Below, piece after piece: positions 16,780-24,608 of a DNA stretch of 37,036 bases. The DNA comes from an archaeon. Its GTDB lineage: Archaea > Iainarchaeota > Iainarchaeia > Iainarchaeales > GW2011-AR10. The notes under the pieces were generated by a model. It ran no database searches. It worked only from the letters and a program-made list of their open reading frames with translations, and was not told the DNA's origin. Numbering within the stretch: position 1 is the stretch's first letter; each line of letters opens with the position of its first letter. The translations under genes were made by a program, and so were the position numbers. The stretch covers positions 1-37,036 of the forward strand of contig JAUSEO010000043.1 in NCBI GenBank assembly GCA_030651515.1. Reading direction: 5' to 3'.

Positions 16780-18522
16780 TTGGACGTTCTTGGAATCTCA
16801 GCCTATTACCATGACTCTTCTGCATGCCTCTTAAGGGACGGAAAAATAATCGCCGCTGCACAGGAAGAAAGATTTTCAAGAAAAAAACACGACCTGGGCT
16901 TCCCGGTCAACGCCATGAATTATTGTCTTGAAGAAGCCAAAACAGCAGCAAAAGAACTTGACGCAGTTGCTTTTTACGAAAAACCTTACCTTAAGTTTGA
17001 ACGGCTTTTAATGCAGTTCATTGACACTTTCCCGCGTTCAATGGGAGTGTTCGTGGAATCGATTCCAAGCTGGCTTTCAGAAAAACTCCTCGTTCCAAAA
17101 AACATCAAGGATTTGGGATACAACGGAAAAGTCTATTACCTGGAGCACCACTTGAGCCACGCTGCCTCAGCATTCCTGTGCTCACCCTACAAAAAAGCCG
17201 CTATACTCACAGTTGACGGAGTGGGAGAGTATGCCACAACGACTTTTTCATCAGGCAATGACCGGGAAATAAAATTATTCAAGGAAATCCATTTCCCCCA
17301 CTCGCTTGGCCTGCTTTACAGCACGATTACTGCATACCTTGGCTTTACTGTCAACAATTCAGAGTACAAAGTCATGGGGCTTGCCCCCTGTGGAAAACCG
17401 GTTTACATGGATGAATTTGACAAACTCATCAAAAATTTTGATGACGGGAGCTTTGAACTTGACATGAGTCACTTTGCTTACACGCACGAAAAAAAAATGC
17501 CCTCAAAAAAACTAGAACAGCTTTTCGGGGAAAAAACGCGGGAAAAAGAAAGCCAGATAACACAGTTCCACAAGGATGTAGCCGCGTCACTGCAGGCAAA
17601 AACAGAAGAAGTACTTTTCCACCTTTTGGAAAACCTCTACAAAGAAACAAAGCTTGAAAACCTCTGCATGGCAGGCGGAGTGGCATTAAACAGCGTGGCA
17701 AACGGAAAAATTCTTTCAAAGACACCATTCAAAAGGATATTCATCCAGCCTGCTGCAGGAGACGCGGGAACTTCAATGGGGGCGGCATTATTTGTTTACA
17801 ATTCTTTGATGAAAAAACGCAGAGAATTTGTTTTAACTTCTGCTTTCCTTGGCCCGTCTTTTTCAGACCAAAAAGTCAAAGAATACCTTGACAAAAACGC
17901 CATAAAATATTCCAGGTTCCGCTCGCAGGCAGAAATAGCGAAAAAAACCGCAGAGCTTGTGCACAACAATTCAGTCATCGGGTGGTTTGAAGGCAGAATG
18001 GAGTGGGGGCCACGCGCGCTTGGGGCAAGAAGCATTCTTTCAAACCCCACAAACCCAAAAATGCAGGACATCCTGAACCTCAAAGTAAAACACCGCGAAA
18101 AATTCAGGCCATTTGCACCGGTTGTCTTGTTTGAAGAAGCACACAAGTGGTTTGAATGCGATGACCCGATTCCTGAAGCCGCGGACTACATGCTCATGGT
18201 TTACCCGGTCAGAAAAGAAAAAAGAAAAATCATTCCCGCCGTGACACACGTGGACGGAAGCGGAAGGCTACAGGTAATCAGAAAAGAACAGCACGCACTT
18301 TACTACCAGGCAGTAAAAGAATTCCAAAAGCTGTCCGGAGTGCCGATAATGATAAACACTTCTTTTAACATACGCGGAGAACCAATAGTCTGCACTCCGC
18401 ACGACGCTTACAGGTGCATGATGGGCACAGGCATTGATTGCCTTGTAATTGAAAACTACCTGGTAAAAAGAAGCGACAACCAAAAAGACATGTGGGACAG
18501 CGAAAAAAACGCAACAGATTAG
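16780..18522 (+). CDS. O-carbamoyltransferase (NodU/CmcH/TobZ/SxtI family)
   Basis: GISAYYHDS, QEERFSRKKHD, EHHLSHAAS, DGVGE, EYKVMGLAP, AGGVALN, GPRALGARS, RE.FRPFAP, HVDGSGR.Q, NTSFN. Confidence 0.93.
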   Translation: MDVLGISAYYHDSSACLLRDGKIIAAAQEERFSRKKHDLGFPVNAMNYCLEEAKTAAKELDAVAFYEKPYLKFERLLMQFIDTFPRSMGVFVESIPSWLSEKLLVPKNIKDLGYNGKVYYLEHHLSHAASAFLCSPYKKAAILTVDGVGEYATTTFSSGNDREIKLFKEIHFPHSLGLLYSTITAYLGFTVNNSEYKVMGLAPCGKPVYMDEFDKLIKNFDDGSFELDMSHFAYTHEKKMPSKKLEQLFGEKTREKESQITQFHKDVAASLQAKTEEVLFHLLENLYKETKLENLCMAGGVALNSVANGKILSKTPFKRIFIQPAAGDAGTSMGAALFVYNSLMKKRREFVLTSAFLGPSFSDQKVKEYLDKNAIKYSRFRSQAEIAKKTAELVHNNSVIGWFEGRMEWGPRALGARSILSNPTNPKMQDILNLKVKHREKFRPFAPVVLFEEAHKWFECDDPIPEAADYMLMVYPVRKEKRKIIPAVTHVDGSGRLQVIRKEQHALYYQAVKEFQKLSGVPIMINTSFNIRGEPIVCTPHDAYRCMMGTGIDCLVIENYLVKRSDNQKDMWDSEKNATD

Positions 18523-18533
18523 AAAAAAAATAA

Positions 18534-18968
18534 TCAGGTTTTTGGAATTTTTTTCCCGTGCGGGCAGGTTTTGGGATAGCCCAAGACGCGCGCAAGGGAT
18601 TTTGCAACCTCGTCAGTCATAACGTGCTCAAAGCGGCAGGGGTCCGTCGAGTTATAGTCAATTTTTAGCACGTCCCGAAACCAGACTTCTGCCAAGCGCA
18701 GGTTTCGCACAATTTTTACAGCTATTTCACGGCCGGTAGGCATGAGAGAAACACCGCTCCTGCCATCATACTTAAGAAGGCTTTTTTTCTCAAGCTTTCG
18801 GAACATGCCCACAACAGACGGCAAAGAAACAGAAAGCATGCGTGCAACGGCAGCAGCGTGAATCGGGTTTTTACCATCTTCCTCCACAAGCCACACGGCC
18901 TTTAGGTACATCTCCTCGTTTTCAGAGCTTTTCTCCAAAAGAACACTGCACTTTTCTTGTTTAGCCAT
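18534..18968 (-). CDS. DtxR/MntR/IdeR-family metal-dependent repressor (no FeoA/SH3 domain)
   Basis: SENEEMYLK, A..LSVS.PSV, RLAE, CRFEH, YPKTCPHG..IP. Start placed at ATG 18968. Confidence 0.88.
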   Translation of the reverse strand: MAKQEKCSVLLEKSSENEEMYLKAVWLVEEDGKNPIHAAAVARMLSVSLPSVVGMFRKLEKKSLLKYDGRSGVSLMPTGREIAVKIVRNLRLAEVWFRDVLKIDYNSTDPCRFEHVMTDEVAKSLARVLGYPKTCPHGKKIPKT

Positions 18969-19066
18969 AGGCAATAAAATAAACCACATAAAGAAAGTAT
19001 ATAAGCAATTCTACGCGTGAAGCCTGGTTCACGCATGGGTTTTTAAATATTCTGCACCAAACCAAC

Positions 19067-19100
19067 TTAGGTAAGCCTAATAAAAATCAGGGTTGCCTAA
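19067..19100. promoter_or_regulatory. Two tandem DtxR-type operator boxes downstream of the ftr1 TATA box
   Basis: TTAGGTAAGCCTAA (19067-19080) and TCAGGGTTGCCTAA (19087-19100), 20 bp apart, matching the DtxR/IdeR core TTAGG-N4-CCTAA; TATA-like TTTAAATA at about 19042-19049. Confidence 0.8.
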
Positions 19101-19102
19101 AA

Positions 19103-20044
19103 ATGTTTTGGGGGAAAAAAGTGAACAAGCATTTTGAAACCAGGACACGCCTTTTGCACTTGACTGCTCTTTTACTTTTAACACTTATTTTCATTCCAGG
19201 ATTGGCGTTTGCAAAAGAGGAAACAACCGAAACTGATTCTTCTGCTTTCTTGCAGTCCCTGACGATAATCCTTCGCGAAGGCGTCGAAGCAATACTTATA
19301 ATCGGCGCGATTGTTGCAACTCTTTTTGTTTCAAACAACACTGACAAAATCAAAACGATTTACATCGGCGCGGCCTTGGCGATAATCGCTTCCCTTGCAA
19401 CAGCTTTTTTCATCGACCAAATTTTTGTCTGGGGGGATTCGCAAAAAGGATTCCTCGAAGGCATGACTTTGCTCACCGCAGCAGCAGTCTTATTGTTTGT
19501 AACCAACTGGCTGTTGTCAAAAGCAGAGGCCACAAAGTGGAAAAGCTACATCAAGGGAAAAGTCGAAAAAGCCGTTTCACAGGAAAGCCCCATCGCATTG
19601 GCAGCAGTCGCGTTCCTTGCAGTTTACAGGGAAGGATTCGAAACCGTACTCTTTTACAAAGCACTTTTCCTCCAGACAGGAAACACCCCGGAAATATTGA
19701 CGGGCATTTTACTTGGCTCAGCCATACTATTAGGCGTGTTTTTTGTCGCAATAAGAATTGGGATGAGGCTGCCGGTCAAAACTTTTTTCCTCTCCACAAG
19801 CGTGCTGTTGTTCTTTTTTGCATTCACTTTTGTGGGAAGCGGCATACATGAACTCCAGGAAGCCGGAACGCTTCCAGAAACCAGTTTTGCATTTATCCCA
19901 AAAGTAAAAGATTTAGGGCTCTACCCAACGATTGAAACCATTCTTGGCCAACTCATTGTCATCGGGTTTGGGGCATTCATGGCTTACATCCACGTTTTCC
20001 GGCACCGCGACTTTGACAAGCAGTTAGCCAGGCAAGCAGTTTAA
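19103..20044 (+). CDS. FTR1/EfeU-family high-affinity iron permease
   Basis: Two REGxE motifs (REGVE, REGFE), GIHELQEAG, LGLYPT.ET; multiple TM segments. Confidence 0.92.
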   Translation: MFWGKKVNKHFETRTRLLHLTALLLLTLIFIPGLAFAKEETTETDSSAFLQSLTIILREGVEAILIIGAIVATLFVSNNTDKIKTIYIGAALAIIASLATAFFIDQIFVWGDSQKGFLEGMTLLTAAAVLLFVTNWLLSKAEATKWKSYIKGKVEKAVSQESPIALAAVAFLAVYREGFETVLFYKALFLQTGNTPEILTGILLGSAILLGVFFVAIRIGMRLPVKTFFLSTSVLLFFFAFTFVGSGIHELQEAGTLPETSFAFIPKVKDLGLYPTIETILGQLIVIGFGAFMAYIHVFRHRDFDKQLARQAV

Positions 20045-20055
20045 GAAAAAATAAA

Positions 20056-20146
20056 TGGGCCCGCTCAGATTTGAACTGAGGACCTTTCGATTGCCGTTTT
20101 CCACATTATCAGTCGAATGCTCAAAACCAGGCTAAGCTACGGGCCC
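20056..20146 (-). tRNA. tRNA-Ile(GAU) with a 15-nt intron in the anticodon loop (about 20092-20106)
   Basis: Acceptor GGGCCCG/CGGGCCC, anticodon stem TTCGA/TCGAA, loop CT-GAT-A|A interrupted by ATGTGGAAAACGGCA, T-arm CTCAG-TTCAAAT-CTGAG. Confidence 0.9.
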
Positions 20147-20268
20147 AAAAAAACTCGCACAAAAGCCATATTGCCGGCTTTTGCCTGCAAAGAAATTTTT
20201 TGCCTCAAAGCCTTTAAAAAAGAAGCCCTCCCGTTAGTTTTTTAAAACAAAAAAGCATATTTATAGCA

Positions 20269-21339
20269 ATGAAAAAGCAAGCATTTTTCCTGTTCCTGGC
20301 AATTTACCTGTCCATCAACGCAAGCGCGGAACTTGACTGTCGGATCTTTGACATTTTCACAAGCTCATGCGATGACCAATTCCCAAACTCTTTGCTTGTT
20401 CTCCGCATGCATGACGCCTCAAACACCCATGCCCAACTGCCAGACTACAGTGGCAATGACCCAAAGTATGACATTGGCGTGTGCTGCAGGGCAACCAAAG
20501 CCACGCTTATAGAGGACACGGACAACCTTGGCGTGCTGGACTACGCCTGTAGTGGCCAGCCTGAATCGACATACACTGCTTTATCCGACGAGTCAAACGC
20601 GCACGCAGAATTCCCAATTGACCCAATTGACAATACTTTTAAGTGGGGCGAACCAGGGGAAAATTATGACAACACCATGTGCATGAACGCCACAAGCGAA
20701 ATCCGTTGCGAAGCACAGGCAGCAGAAATCAATGAGCCGCCACCCGGCTTTAACAGTATGAGTGAATGCGTTTTTGGTCTTTCATCTGAAACCAACGCCC
20801 ACGTTTATGAATGCAGGCAAACTCCCCAAGACCAGGGTTTTTTGAAAGTCTACTGCACGGATGAGTATTCAACAAAAGGCGACATTCTTGGCCTTAAAAT
20901 CCAGCCACTTGATGCCGAGGGAAATGAAAATAAAGAATTCTATACGGGAGGCAATATTTACCTTAAATTTAATATCAATAATTTTACAAATTCGCCAGTA
21001 ACCGGAGTGCAGGTTGATTATTATGTAAAAGGGTTGGAGTCCACGATTAAAAACAGCATTGTCAGAGATTTAAACCCAGGCCTCAATATTATTGAGTCAA
21101 ATGAAATCCCCCCGCTTTTAATTCCTGTTGATACCCCCAGGAATTCTTATTTACTTGAAGCAAAAGCAATTTACCCAGACGACCCAGTGCAGGGAAATAA
21201 TTTAGACAATGAATACATAACTATAATTCTTGGCACAAAAGAGATAACAATCCCTGAAACAAGCCCACTGCTTGCCGTATTGATTGCATTTGGAGTTCTT
21301 TTCATAATCGGGGGAATGCCAAGAAAAAGCTTAAATTGA
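20269..21339 (+). CDS. Secreted Cys-rich surface protein with three (S/T)NxH repeats and a C-terminal IPE-TM-basic anchor
   Basis: Signal peptide; repeats SNTHAQ, SNAHAE, TNAHVY; Ig/CARDB-like C-terminal half; tail IPETSPLLAVLIAFGVLFIIGGMPRK. Confidence 0.75.
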   Translation: MKKQAFFLFLAIYLSINASAELDCRIFDIFTSSCDDQFPNSLLVLRMHDASNTHAQLPDYSGNDPKYDIGVCCRATKATLIEDTDNLGVLDYACSGQPESTYTALSDESNAHAEFPIDPIDNTFKWGEPGENYDNTMCMNATSEIRCEAQAAEINEPPPGFNSMSECVFGLSSETNAHVYECRQTPQDQGFLKVYCTDEYSTKGDILGLKIQPLDAEGNENKEFYTGGNIYLKFNINNFTNSPVTGVQVDYYVKGLESTIKNSIVRDLNPGLNIIESNEIPPLLIPVDTPRNSYLLEAKAIYPDDPVQGNNLDNEYITIILGTKEITIPETSPLLAVLIAFGVLFIIGGMPRKSLN

Positions 21340-21384
21340 AGAAAAAACAAAAAGTTAGTGGAGAAAAAAAAAGGGTGGTTTTGA

Positions 21385-22731
21385 ATGAACAAGGTTGTTT
21401 TGATTGGAATAGCATTTTTTCTTGCAGTGGTTTCTTTTATCAGTTTCACTGGAGCGTATAACAGGGATTTTACTGGTTTAACTGGAGACCCAGAGAGTTT
21501 CGGACACTCTGCGGACGAATTGAACGTTAAAGTCCCAACCAGTACTGAACCCAACACTGTCAAAACCCTTCAAAGGGCAATTGACGAGGGCGATTTCGGA
21601 GGCGGTGAAGGAGGAGGTATAACAAAGCTTGAGAAAGGAGACGTGGGAGGAGTTGAACTAGACCCTCCGACAATAATCAACACTGGGAAATTATCGCTTA
21701 TTTCAAACTGTGGCAATAACCAAATTCTCAAATTCAATGGCAGCGCATGGATTTGTGCCAACGACGAGCAAGGAGGCGGAGGAAACCCCGACAATTATTT
21801 TTGTGCACCGGGCTCTTCGCTGAGGGAAATAGTCAACGGCGTGGTAACCGCGTGCGAGCCTGATGACGTTGGCGGCGGAGGCGGGAACAGCTTTGTCACG
21901 ATAGCCACTCCACAGGGAACCAGCCCTCAGGCAGATAGTTCCAGTGACACACTGACGCTTACAGCAGGCACGAACATGGGCGTGGGAAGCATACAGATAG
22001 TCGGTGACTCTTTAACTGATAAAATCACATTCAACCTACAGCCAGCCTATATACAAAAAAGAGTAAGCGGGACATGCACAGGCCAGGTGATAACTGCAAT
22101 CAAGGAGGATGGAACCGTGACCTGTGAAACGGACGATGTTGGCGGCGGCGGTCCCGGTGATATTACCGCAGTTAACACTTCCAGTTTAAGTGGTCTTACT
22201 GGGGGGGCTGATAGTGGAGCGGTAAATTTGTATTTGGACGTCAGCAAGTTGAGCCAAGGTGTTACCCCCAGCCAAAGTGACCAGGTTGCTCTTGCCACTG
22301 GGGCTGGCATGCGTAAATATCCAATAAGCTCTCTTGGGGTAAACTGCACGATAGAGGGTAACTGCGCAAACCTCTATGCCTCCACCAAAGTGAAGACAGG
22401 TGGCATCCAGTTCGATGGGGACATAGTGCCAAATTCAGAAGTGTGCAGTGACGGCCAGGTGCTAAGAAAACAGGATCCAAGTGGCGAGTGGGGTTGCTCA
22501 ACAGCAGGGCTGAATTGCGAACTTGCTTCAAAACCCCTTGTTAACGGCGGGGCACAAACCGCTACATGTGATACAGGATACCTTGTAACCGGTGGAGGAG
22601 TAAATGCTACTGGCGGCAGTATTGGGTACATCCAGAGTTATCCCTCAGGAAACGGATGGTACGGAAAAATCAACCCAAGTGGGAGTGGCACAGTATATGC
22701 AAAGTGCTGCAAGATAAGCTGGTCAGGCTAA
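21385..22731 (+). CDS. Secreted or membrane-anchored Gly/Cys-rich fibre-like protein (putative adhesin)
   Basis: N-terminal hydrophobic segment, Cys-bracketed modules ending in (D/E)xGGGG linkers, C-terminal ATC..GY.VTGGG...SYP...W...VYAKCC domain. Confidence 0.7.
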   Translation: MNKVVLIGIAFFLAVVSFISFTGAYNRDFTGLTGDPESFGHSADELNVKVPTSTEPNTVKTLQRAIDEGDFGGGEGGGITKLEKGDVGGVELDPPTIINTGKLSLISNCGNNQILKFNGSAWICANDEQGGGGNPDNYFCAPGSSLREIVNGVVTACEPDDVGGGGGNSFVTIATPQGTSPQADSSSDTLTLTAGTNMGVGSIQIVGDSLTDKITFNLQPAYIQKRVSGTCTGQVITAIKEDGTVTCETDDVGGGGPGDITAVNTSSLSGLTGGADSGAVNLYLDVSKLSQGVTPSQSDQVALATGAGMRKYPISSLGVNCTIEGNCANLYASTKVKTGGIQFDGDIVPNSEVCSDGQVLRKQDPSGEWGCSTAGLNCELASKPLVNGGAQTATCDTGYLVTGGGVNATGGSIGYIQSYPSGNGWYGKINPSGSGTVYAKCCKISWSG

Positions 22732-23363
22732 ACCCCAAACGCCGAATCGCACACCTTGTTAAGCACGCAGCCAGCACAATTCGGCTTTCGTGCAGTGCAC
22801 ACTTCACGCCCATGCTGTATGAGTAAAAGCGAGAACCTGTCCCAGTCCCTGCGTGGTATAAGTTCCACTAAGTCTTTTTCTATTTTCACGGGGTCAGTGT
22901 GCCTTGTAAGCCCTATCCTGTAAGACAGTCGTTTGACGTGCGTGTCAACAGCCATGCCCTCGTTTTTGCCAAACGCGACTGACAAGACAATGTTCGCGGT
23001 TTTGCGCGCAACGCCATGCAGGGTGACAAGCTCTTCCATTGTCTGCGGCACCTCTCCTCCAAATTCTTGCTTTATTTTTTTGGCCGTGGCCAGGATGTTT
23101 TTCGCCTTGGCGCGGTAAAAACCAGTGGAGCGGATTTCTTTTTCAAGCTCCATTTGCGGCAGGGATGCAAAGTCATCAATGCAGGGGTATTTTGCAAACA
23201 ATGTTTTTGTCACGATGTTCACGCGCTTGTCCGTGCACTGCGCCGACAATATGGTTGCGACAAGCAACTGCCAAGGCGAGGAATAGTTAAGCTCGGTTTT
23301 CACGCGAGGATAAAGCTTTTTTAATTCCTGCAAAACCAGGTCGGCTTTTTCCTTTAGCTCCAT
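22728..23363 (-). CDS. nth: Endonuclease III
   Basis: LVATILSAQCTD, HhH LHGVARKTAN, AVDTHV.R, and the 4Fe-4S motif C-x6-C-x2-C-x5-C. Start placed at ATG 23363. Confidence 0.95.
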   Translation of the reverse strand: MELKEKADLVLQELKKLYPRVKTELNYSSPWQLLVATILSAQCTDKRVNIVTKTLFAKYPCIDDFASLPQMELEKEIRSTGFYRAKAKNILATAKKIKQEFGGEVPQTMEELVTLHGVARKTANIVLSVAFGKNEGMAVDTHVKRLSYRIGLTRHTDPVKIEKDLVELIPRRDWDRFSLLLIQHGREVCTARKPNCAGCVLNKVCDSAFGV

Positions 23364-23379
23364 TTGGACAAACCCACTT

Positions 23380-23910
23380 TCAGATTTGTTCCCAGACACT
23401 GACAAAGTTGTCAACCATTTCGTCAAAGAAACTGGTTTTATAAGACACCAGAATGTTTGCAGCCTTTTGCGGGTCGACAAGGGAGTAAATGATTTTTTTG
23501 CCGCGCCTTTTTTTCCCAAGCAGGCCTTTTTCAAAAAGATTATCCAAGTGCCATGAAGTGGTCGAGGGGCTCAACCCGATTTCCTTTGAAATCTGCTTGT
23601 TTGAAGCACCCCTTTTTTTCTGTAGCAAAAACAATATTATTTTTCTCGAGCTTTCCTGGCGGAGCGCACCCATTTCCTTTTCCTCGTGAAACGGTTCACG
23701 GACAAGGTAAAAGCGCGAGAACTTTTTTTCCTTCACCTGCCTGATTAAGTGCTTTTTTTCAAGGTACCCAAGGTGGTACTGTAGGCTTCCAGTTGCAAGG
23801 CCGGTCCTGCGCTGGATTTCCCGAAAATGCAGGCCAGGCGAAGACGAAAGCAGGTCATAAATTTTCTGCCTGGACTCCAGGGACAAGATTCCCCTGAGTT
23901 CCTCTTCCAT
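23380..23910 (-). CDS. Tandem winged-helix (ArsR-like, COG3398-type) transcriptional regulator
   Basis: PGLHFREIQR...GSLQYHL and a second HTH LSPSTTSWHL. Confidence 0.85.
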   Translation of the reverse strand: MEEELRGILSLESRQKIYDLLSSSPGLHFREIQRRTGLATGSLQYHLGYLEKKHLIRQVKEKKFSRFYLVREPFHEEKEMGALRQESSRKIILFLLQKKRGASNKQISKEIGLSPSTTSWHLDNLFEKGLLGKKRRGKKIIYSLVDPQKAANILVSYKTSFFDEMVDNFVSVWEQI

Positions 23911-23923
23911 TTTTTTTGACCCC

Positions 23924-24226
23924 CTATTTTTTCAGGATAGCGAAAAACAAGAAACCCAGTATTATCAGTTCAAAAACATTCTCACTTGAGTCCGCAAGAA
24001 ACGTGCCGGGAGAGAAAAACAAGTCAACCAGCTTGACAAGCCATTTGAGGGCAAAAAACAAAAAGGCCAAAGAAACAAAAAGGAGCTTTTGGGACGGGTT
24101 TTTACGGTAAGCCATGAAGGCCACGGCAAAAAAAGCCGCTGAAAGCAAAAAAACGAGTATTTTGACTAAAGGGTCTAACTGTACCCCAACATCACTTAAA
24201 GGTCTTAAAAAATCCCATAGAGCCAA
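23924..24226 (-). CDS. Small 3-TM membrane protein, hypothetical
   Basis: Three hydrophobic stretches; TTG 24226 preceded by SD-like AGGTG; 13 bp from the downstream regulator. Confidence 0.65.
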   Translation of the reverse strand: MALWDFLRPLSDVGVQLDPLVKILVFLLSAAFFAVAFMAYRKNPSQKLLFVSLAFLFFALKWLVKLVDLFFSPGTFLADSSENVFELIILGFLFFAILKK

Positions 24227-24559
24227 AAAAAACACCTTTTTGTTGAAATAAGTGATATACCAATAAAAAGAAAAAAAGGGCAGGAAAGGAAAAAAAAGCC
24301 CTTTTTTTGTGAGGTGAATCAAAGGAGGTTTTTCGCTTTCGCCTTTTCTTAAAAAAAACTTCTATTTACTAGAATAATTATCACCGGCTTTTTATAAAGT
24401 GATTTTGGTACAATAACGATAAACTGCATGGGTGTTGTGCAGGAAAAGGCTATTTTAACCTGTTTAAAAGCATTTTTTGAGAGGCCCTTCCCTGACAAAC
24501 GGCCATTTGAACAAGTTATCACTGAAACAGTAAACTAGTAGTGTTTCAGCATCAACCAA

Positions 24560-24605
24560 AAGTTATCACGGAGAAAGCTTTAAATATATTTTCCAGTGAT
24601 AACTT
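24560..24605. promoter_or_regulatory. Inverted repeat bracketing the fic TATA box
   Basis: AAGTTATCAC (24560-24569) and GTGATAACTT (24596-24605) flank CTTTAAATATA and end 3 bp before the ATG; a further AAGTTATCAC copy lies at 24513-24522. Confidence 0.6.
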
Positions 24606-24608
24606 AGT

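Noticed and set aside
16084-18522. Saxitoxin biosynthesis
   Set aside because: Only I/J/K-like genes are present; no sxtA, sxtG or other core genes, and the trio also occurs in non-producers.
15922-20055. tRNA-integrated island between tRNA-Gln and tRNA-Ile
   Set aside because: No integrase and no duplicated tRNA 3' end were found.
20269-22731. Provirus
   Set aside because: Fibre-like motifs only; both proteins have signal or anchor peptides and there are no capsid, terminase or integrase genes.
23364-23534. N-terminal extensions in the ORF track for nth (also gatA, gatE, the cupin and the radical SAM)
   Set aside because: They overlap upstream genes; internal ATGs with SD-like sites or stop-start overlaps fit family lengths better.
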